A stretch of DNA of 56,154 nucleotides from a bacterium (GTDB taxonomy: Bacteria > Krumholzibacteriota > Krumholzibacteriia > LZORAL124-64-63). Under the pieces are notes generated by a model, which was not told the DNA's origin, ran no database searches, and was given only the letters and a program-made list of their open reading frames with translations. Shown here one piece after another: positions 39,598-50,515 of this stretch (the first letter of the stretch is position 1; each line of letters starts with the position of its first letter). The position numbers were made by a program, and so were the translations under genes. The stretch covers positions 1-56,154 of the forward strand of contig WJIQ01000238.1 of the NCBI GenBank assembly GCA_014730255.1. The letters are read 5' to 3'.

Positions 39598-40424
39598 TCC
39601 GCCCCGTCGTGCCACTGCTGCTGGCGGTGTGCCTCGCCTCGGCGACCACCGCCGGCGAGCGTCCGCCGCCGGACGGGGCGTGGCGACCCCACCAGCTGTC
39701 CCGCTGCGCGCGCCCGGCACCGCCCTACCCCGCCGCGCGCGAGGCCATCGCCGAGGCGCACGAGCTGTTCGAGCTCGAGGCCGGTGGCGACGCGATCGTG
39801 GTGCTGGAGGACGCCCTCGCCGATCATCCGCGCAGCCCCTGGCTGCGCCTGATGCTGGCCCAGATCTACGTCCTGGCCGGCCAGGGGGAGGAGCACTGCG
39901 AGCCCTTCGGAGGCCCGGCCCGGGCCACGGGCGACTGGCCCGCCGACCAGCGCCGCTATCTCCGGCGCGCGGACCGGCTGCTGGCCGATCTGGCCGGCAG
40001 CTGGCCGGACGACGGCCTGGTCTGGTTCCTGCGCGCCGACGCCGCCCGCGCGGCGGGCGACGTGGACGCCGCGAGCCGGTACGACGCCCAGGGGCGCGAG
40101 CGCTGCACCCGCCTGGACACGCTGGAGTTCGTCACCGCGCTCCGCGACCTCGGCCGCAAGCCGGCCGAGCTGCTCACGCCGATCGTCCCGGAGTATCCCG
40201 CCGAGTGCCTGCAGAAGCGCATCACCGGCGAGGTGCTGCTCGATGTCCTGATCGACCCCCACGGCCGGGTGGCCGAGACCGTCCCGGCCCGGCGCGCGGA
40301 TCGGCGCCTGATCGCCGCGGCCAGCGAGGCGGCCGCCGCCGCGGGCTACCAGGCGGCGCGGATCGGCTACTATCCCATCTGGTCGTGGATCCAGGTCTCG
40401 GTCAACTTCTCGCTGGACAACTGA
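39594..40424 (+). CDS. Exported protein with TPR-like N-terminus and TonB C-terminal domain
   Basis: PEYPAECLQKRITGEVLLDVLIDPHGRV...VSVNFSL; ATGA-coupled to the TPR gene. Confidence 0.75.
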   Translation: MIRPVVPLLLAVCLASATTAGERPPPDGAWRPHQLSRCARPAPPYPAAREAIAEAHELFELEAGGDAIVVLEDALADHPRSPWLRLMLAQIYVLAGQGEEHCEPFGGPARATGDWPADQRRYLRRADRLLADLAGSWPDDGLVWFLRADAARAAGDVDAASRYDAQGRERCTRLDTLEFVTALRDLGRKPAELLTPIVPEYPAECLQKRITGEVLLDVLIDPHGRVAETVPARRADRRLIAAASEAAAAAGYQAARIGYYPIWSWIQVSVNFSLDN

Positions 40425-40551
40425 CGGGTTGATTTGGCCAGCTAAGTGCCATTAATTTAATCGGCAGCCACCGCTGCCCCGACGGTGGCCCCCACCGGAC
40501 TCGTCTGGAAGGTCCGCGACAATCTGCGTCGGCCGACGGGAGGTCGGAGTC

Positions 40552-41982
40552 TTGAGGACTCGGTTCCGCAATCGTTACCTGGTGTTCGCGTACATGATCG
40601 TGCTGGCCATCGCCTTCGTGGTCGGCTGCACGACGCGCGAGGACCCGTCCGAGGAGCTGGTCGTGTGCGGCAACCACACGTGCGGCCAGCTCACGATGGT
40701 GACCATCGACACCAACGGCCCCGGTGGGTATCAGTACCTGGAGCCGGCGATCTCGCCCGACGGCACGCGCGTGGCGTTCAGCGCCGACTGGGCGTCCATC
40801 CCGAGCCTGCCCGAGGACGAGGTGTCCGACCCGATCCTCAACCGGCAGATCCTCGTCATGCCCCTGCCGGCCGATCCGTGGTCAGAGGAGATGAACTCGC
40901 GCAATCCGGTGCCCGACATCCAGGAGCTGGGGGCCGAGCTGGTGCTGACCCGCCAGTTCATCAGCCGCATCGGTGGCGGCCAGGACTTCGTCGACGACCC
41001 GACCTCCGGCGTCATGACCAAGGCCTCGCCCAACTGGATCGACGACAGCACGCTCCTGATCCAGACCCGCTTCGAGCGGCGCGACCGCCTCGTCTCGGTC
41101 GACATCTCCGACCTCGGCAACGCCCAGGTCACCCCGCTCTTCTACGAGCCCCAGGACACGCTGACCACCGGCTTCCGCTTCTGGTATCACCACGATCCGT
41201 CGCTCAGCCCGGACAAGCGCTGGTGCGTCTTCACCCGCTTCGGCTGTGACGACGAGAGCAACGTCGAGGATGCCAACTGCGACGACGAGCAGCTCTGGGT
41301 GATCGACATGACGACCACCGACGATCCCGTCGCGGTGACGGCGTTCCCGATCACCAGCGGTGCGGTGTCCATCGAGGATCCCAGCTGGAGCCCGGACGGA
41401 CGCACGATCGTCTTCGCGGCGACGACCGACCTCGTCGGCGACGGAACGGGATTCGTGGGCGAGCTCTTCCGGGTCGACTTCGATCCCGAGGCCGCCGAGA
41501 CCGGCGTGGTGCCGCTCGACCAGAACCTGCGCCGGATCACCACCACCGAGGTCTCCATGGGCGATCCGCTCGTCGGTCTGCACAACTACGCGCCGGTCTT
41601 CTCCGCCGACGGCCTCGACGTGATCTTCACGTCGTCGCGCCGGGCGCCGGGGTCGACCCAGCGCGGGCGGAACCTGTGGCGGGTGCCGGCCGACGGCCGC
41701 CTCGAGCCGGAGATGGTCTTCTTCTCCCGGTACGACGACATCCACCCGACCTTCGACTGGGAGACGGGGTCCTTCCTGTTCAGCAGCCGCATGGGCTTCC
41801 CGACCGAGATGCTCGACGCCATCGAGCAGGAGACCATCGACTTCTTCACCAACGTCTACAACGACACCGCCCGCGTGCCGCTGACCGAGGTCGAGATCCT
41901 GCGACGCGCCGCGGACGACCGGGAGGAACTCGAGCTGTTCGAGGGCAAGATGGGCCACCTTTACATGTTCCGCGGCCTCTGA
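40552..41982 (+). CDS. TolB-like (PD40/WD40 repeat) lipoprotein
   Basis: Lipobox VVGC; EPAISPDGTRVAF, DPSWSPDGRTIVF, APVFSADG; TTG start with GGAGG upstream. Confidence 0.8.
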   Translation: MRTRFRNRYLVFAYMIVLAIAFVVGCTTREDPSEELVVCGNHTCGQLTMVTIDTNGPGGYQYLEPAISPDGTRVAFSADWASIPSLPEDEVSDPILNRQILVMPLPADPWSEEMNSRNPVPDIQELGAELVLTRQFISRIGGGQDFVDDPTSGVMTKASPNWIDDSTLLIQTRFERRDRLVSVDISDLGNAQVTPLFYEPQDTLTTGFRFWYHHDPSLSPDKRWCVFTRFGCDDESNVEDANCDDEQLWVIDMTTTDDPVAVTAFPITSGAVSIEDPSWSPDGRTIVFAATTDLVGDGTGFVGELFRVDFDPEAAETGVVPLDQNLRRITTTEVSMGDPLVGLHNYAPVFSADGLDVIFTSSRRAPGSTQRGRNLWRVPADGRLEPEMVFFSRYDDIHPTFDWETGSFLFSSRMGFPTEMLDAIEQETIDFFTNVYNDTARVPLTEVEILRRAADDREELELFEGKMGHLYMFRGL

Positions 41983-41989
41983 TCGGACC

Positions 41990-42664
41990 GTGACCTCCGG
42001 CCGATCCATCGACGAGCAGCAGCAGCGACGGATCATGGCGCGCGTGGGAGCCCGGCTCTACGCGCGCCGTCTCGTCGTCGGGGCCGAGGGCAACCTCAGC
42101 GCCCGCCTCGCCGACGACCGTTTCCTGACCACGCCGAGCGGCCGCTGCAAGGGCGACCTCGTCGAGGCCGACCTGGTGGTCGTCGACCTCGAGGGCCGGC
42201 CCGCACGCCCACAGTCGCCGCTACCGAGCAGCGAGTGGCGGCTGCATCGCGAGATCTACCGCCTCTGCCCCGGAGCCGGTGCGATCTGCCACGGACATCC
42301 CCCGCATGCGACCGCCTGCGCCGTCGCCGGCCGGGCGCTCGATGCGCGCCTCCTGACCGAGACGGCGATGCTGCTCGGCCCGGTGCCCCTGGCCGTCCCC
42401 TCGGTGCCGGGCACCGACGAGGTGGCCGACTCGGTGCGTCCGTTGCTGCCGGCCGCCCGCGCGATCCTGCTCGCCAATCACGGCGCGGTGGCCTGGGGGC
42501 GGGATCTGGAGGAGGCGCTGCATCGTCTGGAGAGCGTCGAGCGGCTGGCCGAGGTCACCATCCTCGCCGCCGTGATCGGTGGTGGCCGTCCCCTCGACGC
42601 GGAGTTCCTGCGGCGCGCCGGTGCCGTCGATCCGGATCAGGCGCCGGACGGCGATTCGCGGTAG
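41990..42664 (+). CDS. Class II aldolase/adducin family protein
   Basis: EGNLSAR, TPSG, SSEWRLH, CHGHPP, LANHG. Confidence 0.9.
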   Translation: MTSGRSIDEQQQRRIMARVGARLYARRLVVGAEGNLSARLADDRFLTTPSGRCKGDLVEADLVVVDLEGRPARPQSPLPSSEWRLHREIYRLCPGAGAICHGHPPHATACAVAGRALDARLLTETAMLLGPVPLAVPSVPGTDEVADSVRPLLPAARAILLANHGAVAWGRDLEEALHRLESVERLAEVTILAAVIGGGRPLDAEFLRRAGAVDPDQAPDGDSR

Positions 42665-43881
42665 ATCGCCTCGAGGCGATCGACGACCGCATCCCAGCCG
42701 AAATGGGCCTCGACGTGGGCACGGGCGCGCTGCGCCCGCCGCTCGGCCTCCTCGGGGTCGTCGATGGCGCGCAGGAGCGCCGGCGCGAAGTCCTCCGGGC
42801 GCGCCGCCCAGCCGACGAGGTCGTCCTCCTCGCGCACGATCCCCTCGGCGCCGATGGGCGTCGTGACCAGCGGGATGCCCCGGGCCATCGCCTCGAGGAT
42901 CTTGATCTTGATCCCGCCGCCGGCCTCGAGGGGCGCCGCGAACACGGCGCTCGCACGGAAGAGGGCCGCCAGGTCGTCGACGAAGCCGGTGGCCGTCACG
43001 CCCGCAGGGGGAGCGTCCTGCGCGGCGAGGAAGCCGTCGCTGCCCGGCCCGGCGAGCACCAGGCGCCAGTCCGGCCGGCGGGCATGCACCTCCGGCCAGA
43101 TGTCGGCGCACAGCCGGCGCGCCGCGTCCCGGTTCGGCGGATGGGCGAAGCTACCGACGAACAGGACCTGCTTCGGACGCGCCTCGGGACGCTGCGGGAC
43201 GATGGCCCGCGTGTCGATGCCCAGCGGTACGGTCACCACACCAGCCGCGCCGGCCGCGGCGAGCAGTGCGCGGTCCTGGTCGGTCACCGCCAGGAGGACG
43301 TCGGCCGCGCGGCCGGCGTCCCGGGCCAGACGGTCCCAGCTGCGCGCCGCGGCCTCGAGGCGCCAGCGGGTGACGCCGCTGGCGGCCGCCGCCCGCCGTC
43401 GTCGCGGCAGGGCGCCGTGCTCGTGGCTGTCGAGCACCAGCCGGGGCCGCGTGCCCGGACCGCGATGGCGGCGGAGGCTCGCGGCCACGGCGGTCAGCTG
43501 CAGGTACTCGACCTGCACGACATCGGGCGCGAACTCGTCGACGAGCTCGCGCGCACGGCGCAGCAGCGGCGGGTGGTCGTATTTCAGGGCGTAGGGCGGA
43601 CGTCCGGAGAGCCAGGCCCGCAGGGTGCTCACGGTGCGCCGGGCGGCCAGCTCCAGGCGCGCCGGCCCGCGCGCGGTCGCGTCGGTGAAGGCGACGGTCT
43701 CCACCCGGACGTCGTCACCGAGGCCGAGGTCGTCGATGGAGCGCTCGGCCGGCCGCCGCAGCGCGAGCACGGCGACCTCGTGGCGTCGAGCCAGCGCCAG
43801 GATCATCTGGCGCACGGCCGTGCCGCCACCGTGGCCGACGCGCCGGTGGGGGAGGTAGGGAGTGACGATCAGGATGCGCAC
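42637..43881 (-). CDS. Glycosyltransferase family 4
   Basis: FVGSFAHPPN, GFVDDL, GIKIKILEAMARGIPLVTTPIGAEG; GTG start. Confidence 0.9.
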   Translation of the reverse strand: MRILIVTPYLPHRRVGHGGGTAVRQMILALARRHEVAVLALRRPAERSIDDLGLGDDVRVETVAFTDATARGPARLELAARRTVSTLRAWLSGRPPYALKYDHPPLLRRARELVDEFAPDVVQVEYLQLTAVAASLRRHRGPGTRPRLVLDSHEHGALPRRRRAAAASGVTRWRLEAAARSWDRLARDAGRAADVLLAVTDQDRALLAAAGAAGVVTVPLGIDTRAIVPQRPEARPKQVLFVGSFAHPPNRDAARRLCADIWPEVHARRPDWRLVLAGPGSDGFLAAQDAPPAGVTATGFVDDLAALFRASAVFAAPLEAGGGIKIKILEAMARGIPLVTTPIGAEGIVREEDDLVGWAARPEDFAPALLRAIDDPEEAERRAQRARAHVEAHFGWDAVVDRLEAIYRESPSGA

Positions 43882-43896
43882 CGGTCGCGTCGCCGC

Positions 43897-44181
43897 TCAG
43901 CGGATCACGTATCCGCGCGCGACGGCCAGCTCTTCCTTGATGCGCTCCATCTCGATGTCCCACTCGGTCGAGCCCTCCTCGACGCGCGCCCGGTTCTTCT
44001 TCAGCCAGGCGGTGGCCTCCTCCTCGATCTCGCCCTCGATCGCCAGATCCTTGATGATCAGGTTGGCGATGAGGAACTCGAACCGGTCCTCGTCGAGTTC
44101 GAGGTCCACGAGCTCGTCGTCGAGCAGGACGTTGGCGATCTCGCGGGCGATCACCGTGACGCGTTCCTCGGTCAGGCGCAT
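43897..44181 (-). CDS. DUF507 family protein
   Basis: MRLTEERV...IEEEA...IKEELAVARGYVI pattern; tandem paralog pair. Confidence 0.75.
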   Translation of the reverse strand: MRLTEERVTVIAREIANVLLDDELVDLELDEDRFEFLIANLIIKDLAIEGEIEEEATAWLKKNRARVEEGSTEWDIEMERIKEELAVARGYVIR

Positions 44182-44196
44182 GCGCGGCCTCCTGCG

Positions 44197-44478
44197 TCAG
44201 AGCACGAAGCCGCGCTTGCGGGCGACCTCGCGCTTGAACTTGCGGCGAAGCTCGCCGACGTCCAGTTCCTGGGTCCGGATCTGCGAGGCGTGCTGCTCGA
44301 GCAGCTTGTCCACCTCGGCCTCGATCTCCTCCTCCTCGCGCATGTTCGCGAAGATGGTGTCGGCGATGGATTTCCAGACCGTGTCGACGTGCGCGGTCAG
44401 GTGCACCTGCCCGTTCTCCTGCATCATGGTCAGGATCCGGTCGGCGAGGTACTCGATCTTGCTGGGGGACAACCGCAA
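44197..44478 (-). CDS. DUF507 family protein
   Basis: MRLSPSKIEYLA...EEEIEAEVDKLL...FKREVARKRGFVL; TTG start with GGAGG SD. Confidence 0.78.
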   Translation of the reverse strand: MRLSPSKIEYLADRILTMMQENGQVHLTAHVDTVWKSIADTIFANMREEEEIEAEVDKLLEQHASQIRTQELDVGELRRKFKREVARKRGFVL

Positions 44479-44684
44479 CGTCTCTGCCTCCAGGGGCCGG
44501 GGGTTCGCTGATCATACAAGGCGGACCGTGCGTTCTTGGCAAGTGAAAACCACCAGGGTACATTGGCCGCCGCGCCGACGATCGCGGCCGGCCAGCGCGG
44601 GAACCGCGACCGGGGTTCCGGCGTAGGAAAGGGCCGGTCGCCCACCGGACCGAGAACGGTCGAACGCAACGCCGAGGAGGATCG

Positions 44685-45668
<984 letters not shown>

Positions 45669-45696
45669 CCGGTCCCCGCCGGGACGGCCGCCGAGC

Positions 45697-46644
45697 ATGA
45701 CGGGAGCGGAGCGTACCTTGCCGCGAACCGACGATGCCAGCCAGCGCACGACGATCCCGCCGGAGATCCTGGCGGCGGTCCGGCGCATCGAGATCCGCAC
45801 GCGGCGCCTCGTGGACGAGGTGTTCAGCGGCGAGTACCACTCGGTGTTCCGTGGCCGCGGCGTGGAGTTCCGCGAGGTGCGGGAGTACACCCCGGGCGAC
45901 GACGTCCGGGCCATCGACTGGAACGTGACCGCGCGCACCGGCGACCCGTTCGTCAAGCAGTTCGAGGAGGAACGCGAGCTCACGGTGGTCCTGGTGGCCG
46001 ACGTCTCCGGCAGCGGCCGTTTCGGCTCGGGCGAGCGCACGCGCGCCGAGATCGCGGCCGAGCTGTGCGGCGTGCTCGCCTTCGCCGCGACGAGCAACAA
46101 GGACAAGGTCGGCCTGCTCCTGTTCTCCGATCACGTCGAGAAGTACATCCCGCCGGCCAAGGGCCGCAGCCACGTCCTGCGCATCATCCGCGAGCTGCTC
46201 ACCTTCCGTCCCACCGGGGTCGGCACCGACCTGGTCCCGCCCCTGGAGACCGTGGGCCACGTGCTCAAGCGCAAGGCGACCGTCTTCCTGGTCAGCGACT
46301 TCTGGGCGGGCGACTTCACCCGCAGCCTGCGCACCGTCGGCCGCCGTCACGACTGCGTGGCGGTGCGGCTGCGGGACCCGCGCGAGGCGGCGATCCCCGA
46401 CGTCGGACTCGTGCAATGGCGCGACGCGGAGACCGGCCGGACCGTCCTGGTCGACACCTCGTCGGCGGCCGCGCGCGCCCAGATGCAGGAGCGCGTCCGC
46501 CGACACGATCAGCGTCTCGAGCGCGGGCTGCGCCAGTCCGGGGTCGACCTCATCGACGTCGACGTGACCGGCAGCTACGTCGATCCGCTGCACCGGTTCT
46601 TCGCCGCGCGCGTGGGGCGCCGCCGCCGGGGAGGTGGCCGGTGA
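45697..46644 (+). CDS. DUF58 domain protein
   Basis: GEYHSVFRGRGVEFREVREYTPGDDVRAIDWNVTAR, FEEERE, DVSGS, VSDF. Confidence 0.94.
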   Translation: MTGAERTLPRTDDASQRTTIPPEILAAVRRIEIRTRRLVDEVFSGEYHSVFRGRGVEFREVREYTPGDDVRAIDWNVTARTGDPFVKQFEEERELTVVLVADVSGSGRFGSGERTRAEIAAELCGVLAFAATSNKDKVGLLLFSDHVEKYIPPAKGRSHVLRIIRELLTFRPTGVGTDLVPPLETVGHVLKRKATVFLVSDFWAGDFTRSLRTVGRRHDCVAVRLRDPREAAIPDVGLVQWRDAETGRTVLVDTSSAAARAQMQERVRRHDQRLERGLRQSGVDLIDVDVTGSYVDPLHRFFAARVGRRRRGGGR

Positions 46645-47678
46645 GGACGGGCGCGCGCGCCATCGCGATCCTGATGCTGCTGGCCGCCGCCGCGGCCGGT
46701 CAGGCGCCGCCCGGCGGAGCGGCCATGCCGATGCCGCCCGCGCCGCCGGACACGGCGGTCGCGCGATTCTCGTGGTCGGGCGAGCCGCCACGGGCGCTGA
46801 CGGTCTGGCCGGACGAGGCCCTGTTCGGCCAGGAGGTGATCGCGATCCTCGATCACGCGCCTGGGGCCTCGCCGCCGCCGGTCGACTCGCTGCGGGTGGA
46901 CGTCCCGTGGCTCGAGCCTGTCGCCGAGGCGGGCGCGGTCGGCGAGCTGCCGCTGCCGCCGCCGGAGGGACCTCGGCAATACGCCCGGTACCGGATCTAC
47001 CGCGAGGGTCCGTGGCGGGCCGCCTGGGACGACCGCGAGCCGGGCCCGGTGGCCACGGTCACCGGACGGGTCGACGACCCGCGGGCCATCGAGCCGGTGC
47101 GCGATCCGCGGCCCATCGGAGGCGTGCCGCTCTGGGTCGTGATCCTCGCCGCGGGCGTGCTCACGCTCCTGGCGATCGCGCTGCTGTTCCGCCGCTGGCG
47201 CCGCCGTCGCGTGGCGCTCGCGATCGCGCACCGCCAGCTCGCGCCTCCGGCTTGGATCGAGGCGGCGATCAGGCTGCGGTCGCTCGAGCAGGAGGCGCTG
47301 CTGGACCGCGACCACCTCGACGCGGTCGCGCGGGTGCTGCGTCGCTATCTGCACGGGCGGTTCTTCATCGCCGCCGAGGAGATGACGGCCGACGAGGTGC
47401 GCGCGGCCGCGCGGCGGGCGGGCTGGGCCGGGGAGACCCTGGACCGGTTCGCCGACCTGCTGGCCGCGTGCGACGACGCCCGCTACGCCCCCGACCTCAT
47501 CGGCTCGCGGCGGCTGCGTGACTGCCTCGCGACGACCCTCGATCTGATCGAGGCCGTCCGCATCGAGCCGATCTGGACGCCCGTGCCGGCGAGTGAACTG
47601 GCCGAGGCGAAGGCCGCCTGGTCGTGGTTGCGCGAGCGGTATCCGGCGACGGCCGCGGCGAGGGGGGTGCGATGCTGA
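46641..47678 (+). CDS. Bat-operon membrane protein (conserved hypothetical)
   Basis: GTG overlapping the DUF58 stop; signal peptide, one TM, RRYL...AEEMTADE...CDDARYA pattern typical of this operon slot. Confidence 0.75.
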   Translation: MRTGARAIAILMLLAAAAAGQAPPGGAAMPMPPAPPDTAVARFSWSGEPPRALTVWPDEALFGQEVIAILDHAPGASPPPVDSLRVDVPWLEPVAEAGAVGELPLPPPEGPRQYARYRIYREGPWRAAWDDREPGPVATVTGRVDDPRAIEPVRDPRPIGGVPLWVVILAAGVLTLLAIALLFRRWRRRRVALAIAHRQLAPPAWIEAAIRLRSLEQEALLDRDHLDAVARVLRRYLHGRFFIAAEEMTADEVRAAARRAGWAGETLDRFADLLAACDDARYAPDLIGSRRLRDCLATTLDLIEAVRIEPIWTPVPASELAEAKAAWSWLRERYPATAAARGVRC

Positions 47679-48658
47679 CCCTGGCCCACCCCTGGCTCCT
47701 GCTGCTGGTGATCCCCGTGATCGCGCTGTTCTGGTGGCGCCGCCGCCGCCCCGGCCCGACGGCGGCCCTGCGGCACCCGCACACCCCGGTGTTCGGCCCG
47801 GCGCCCCGGAGCTGGCGCGTCCGGCTGGCGCACGTCGCGCCCTACCTGGTGCTGGCGGCGGCCATCCTGATGGTGGTCGCCCTCGCGCAGCCGCGACGGA
47901 GCTTCCACAGCGAGACGGTCGAGGGCGAGGGCATCGACATCATGATCGCCCTGGACATCTCCGGCAGCATGCAGGCCATGGATTTCGCCCCGCGCGACCG
48001 GCTGGCCGCGGCCAAGGACGTGATCCGCGACTTCATCGACGGCCGTCCCAACGACCGCATCGGCCTGGTGGTCTTCGCCTCGCGCGCGTTCACCCAGTGC
48101 CCGCTGACGGTCGACCGGCAGGTGCTCAAGGGGTTCCTCGACGAGATCGAGGTCGGCCTGATCGAGGACGGCACGGCCATCGGACTGGGCCTGGCCACCG
48201 CGGTCGGCCGCCTGCGCCACAGCGATGCCGAGAGCCGCACCGTGATCCTCCTGACCGACGGCATGAACAACGTGCCGACCCTCGAGCCGGAGACCGCCGC
48301 CGAGCTGGCCGCCACGCTGGACGTGCGCGTCTACACCGTGGCCATCGGACGCGAGGGTCTGACGCCGTTCCCGGTCGACACGCCCCTCGGACGGCGCATG
48401 CAGCAGATCGAGACCCACATCGACGAGGAACTGCTCCGGGACATCGCCGCGCGCACTGGCGGCATCATGGATCGCGCCACCGACCCGGAGGCGCTCGCGC
48501 GCATCTTCGCCCGCATCGACGAGCTGGAGACCAGCCGCTACGAGACGCGCGTGGCGACCTGGCACCGGGAACTGATGGTCTGGCTGCTCGCCCCGGCGCT
48601 CGTGCTTCTCGGCCTGGCCGGCCTCGTGCAGGAGATCTGGTTGCGGCGCCTGCCCTGA
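47672..48658 (+). CDS. batA: BatA-like VWA domain protein
   Basis: HPWLLLL N-terminus, ALAQP, MIDAS DISGSM, DRIGLVVF, GTAIG, LLTDG. Confidence 0.88.
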   Translation: MLTLAHPWLLLLVIPVIALFWWRRRRPGPTAALRHPHTPVFGPAPRSWRVRLAHVAPYLVLAAAILMVVALAQPRRSFHSETVEGEGIDIMIALDISGSMQAMDFAPRDRLAAAKDVIRDFIDGRPNDRIGLVVFASRAFTQCPLTVDRQVLKGFLDEIEVGLIEDGTAIGLGLATAVGRLRHSDAESRTVILLTDGMNNVPTLEPETAAELAATLDVRVYTVAIGREGLTPFPVDTPLGRRMQQIETHIDEELLRDIAARTGGIMDRATDPEALARIFARIDELETSRYETRVATWHRELMVWLLAPALVLLGLAGLVQEIWLRRLP

Positions 48659-48682
48659 GGCGCCCGAAGGGAGTGGACGGAC

Positions 48683-50515
48683 ATGCATTTCGCGGCCGGA
48701 GAGTGGCTGATCCTGCTCGCCCTGGTGCCGCTGGCCTGGCTGCTGGTCAAGGCGGCCGATCGGCGCGCCGACCGGCGCGCGCGCACCCTGCTGGGGCCGA
48801 GTCCGCAGCGGCAGCGCGAGCAGTGGCACCCGCTGGTGCGGGGCTGGCGCCGCTTCTTCTACCTGGCGGCGCTCGCCCTGCTGGTGCTGGCGATCGCCCG
48901 GCCGCAGTGGGGGGCCAGCGAGGTGACGGTGACCCAGCGCGGCCGTGACGTCGTCATCGCCCTGGACATCTCCAACTCCATGCTCGCCGAGGACACGACG
49001 CCCAATCGCCTCGAACGGGCCAAGGCCGAGCTGACGACCTTCCTGCGCGACCAGAGCAGCAGCCGCATCGGGCTGGTGCTCTTCGCCGGGGCCGCGTTCG
49101 TGCAGTGCCCGTTGACCAGCGACCACGGCACCTGCGAGATCTTCCTGGACATGGCCGCGCCGGACATGATCTCCGCCCAGGGGACCGCGCTCGCGTCGGC
49201 GCTCGAGGTCGGCCGCGAGCTGCTGATGTCCGGACGCGACCCGTCGGCGCCGGCCAGCACGCAGGCGATCCTGCTGGTCACCGATGGCGAGGACCTCGAG
49301 GGCGACTGGGAGGACGAGGCCCGGGCCTGCGTCCAGGCCGGCATCACGGTCGTTCCGGTGGGCATCGGCGAGGAGACCGGGGGGTTGATCCCGGTGACGG
49401 ACGACCAGGGCCGCCCCGACGGTTTCCTGAAGGACGAGGACGGCCAGCTGGTGCTCTCGCGCATCGACCTCGCCTCGCTCGATCGTCTGGCCGCCCTCGG
49501 CGGCGGGTCGACCTTCCGCGTGGGGCTCGATGGCCTGGCCGGCCAGCGACTGCGGACCGTGCTGGAGCGCCTGGACGAGCGCGAGTTCGAGGAGCGTCAG
49601 GTGACCGCGTGGCAGGAGCGCTACCACTGGCCGCTCTGGCTGGCGCTGATCTGCCTGGCGCTGGCGGTCGTGCTGCGCCCGCGTGCGCGGATCGCCGCGC
49701 CGGGAGTGGTCCTCGTGCTGCTGCTGGCCTCGGTGCCCGGGTCGGTCGAGGCGGCCGACGTGATCCGGCCCGAGAGCGCGGATGCGGCCGCGCGTGGTCG
49801 CGAGCACTACGCCGCGGGCCGCTGGGAGGAGGCGCTCCAGGAGTTCGAGGCCGCCCGCGCCCTGGCGCCCGACGACCCTCGCCTGGCGCTGGCGGTGGGC
49901 GAGACGCTGGCGCGTCTGGAGCGCTGGCCGGAGGCCGAGCGCGAGTTCGCGCGTGCCCGGGCGCTGACCGATCGACAGGACCTGCGGGCGGAGAGCCTGT
50001 ACAACTCGGGCACCGCGGCGCTGGCCCGCGGCAGCGCCGACACGGCCTCGACCTTCCTGCGGGAGAGCCTGCGCCTCGACCCCGCGCAGGAGGATGCGTT
50101 GCGCAACCTCGAGGCGGCGCTGATGCAGCAGCAGCAGCAGCAGGACGGGCAGGACCAGCAACAGGATCAGGACCAGCAGCAGGGCCAGGACCAGCAACAG
50201 GGCCAGGACCAGCAGCAGGAGAACCAGGGCGAACGCGGCGACCAGGACCCGGAGCAGCAGAAGCCGCAGGACCAGCAGGAGTCCCCGCCGCAGCAGCCCG
50301 GACCACCCGATCAACCGCAGGATCCGCCCGAGCCGGACCAGGGCGAGCAACCGCCCCCGGCGCAGCAGGATCCGGCGGAGATGGACCGTGAGCAGCTCGA
50401 TCGCGAGCAGGCCCTGCAGATCCTGCGGGCCCTCGACCGCGACGAGAAGGAGCTGAAGCGGTCGATCCAGAAGCGGCTCGAGGGCGGGCAGAACCGGAGC
50501 GGGAAGCGGTGGTGA
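48683..50515 (+). CDS. BatB-like VWA domain fused to BatC-like TPR and Q-rich tail
   Basis: ARPQWG, DISNSM, VTDGE, ERYHW; then TPR (LYNSG, ALRNLE), poly-Q linker, QALQILRAL and C-terminal KRW. Confidence 0.87.
   Translation: MHFAAGEWLILLALVPLAWLLVKAADRRADRRARTLLGPSPQRQREQWHPLVRGWRRFFYLAALALLVLAIARPQWGASEVTVTQRGRDVVIALDISNSMLAEDTTPNRLERAKAELTTFLRDQSSSRIGLVLFAGAAFVQCPLTSDHGTCEIFLDMAAPDMISAQGTALASALEVGRELLMSGRDPSAPASTQAILLVTDGEDLEGDWEDEARACVQAGITVVPVGIGEETGGLIPVTDDQGRPDGFLKDEDGQLVLSRIDLASLDRLAALGGGSTFRVGLDGLAGQRLRTVLERLDEREFEERQVTAWQERYHWPLWLALICLALAVVLRPRARIAAPGVVLVLLLASVPGSVEAADVIRPESADAAARGREHYAAGRWEEALQEFEAARALAPDDPRLALAVGETLARLERWPEAEREFARARALTDRQDLRAESLYNSGTAALARGSADTASTFLRESLRLDPAQEDALRNLEAALMQQQQQQDGQDQQQDQDQQQGQDQQQGQDQQQENQGERGDQDPEQQKPQDQQESPPQQPGPPDQPQDPPEPDQGEQPPPAQQDPAEMDREQLDREQALQILRALDRDEKELKRSIQKRLEGGQNRSGKRW
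50126..50221 (+). repeat. (CAG)6 plus four 18-bp tandem repeats (QDQQQx)
   Basis: CAGGACCAGCARCAGGRN units at 50150, 50168, 50186 and 50204. Confidence 0.85.

Noticed and set aside
40435-40452. Sigma54 promoter before the TolB-like gene
   Set aside because: GG-N10-GC fits on both strands and a sigma70-like reading is equally possible, so it is too ambiguous to call.
50126-50221. CRISPR array
   Set aside because: The units are contiguous in-frame coding repeats without unique spacers, and no cas genes are present.
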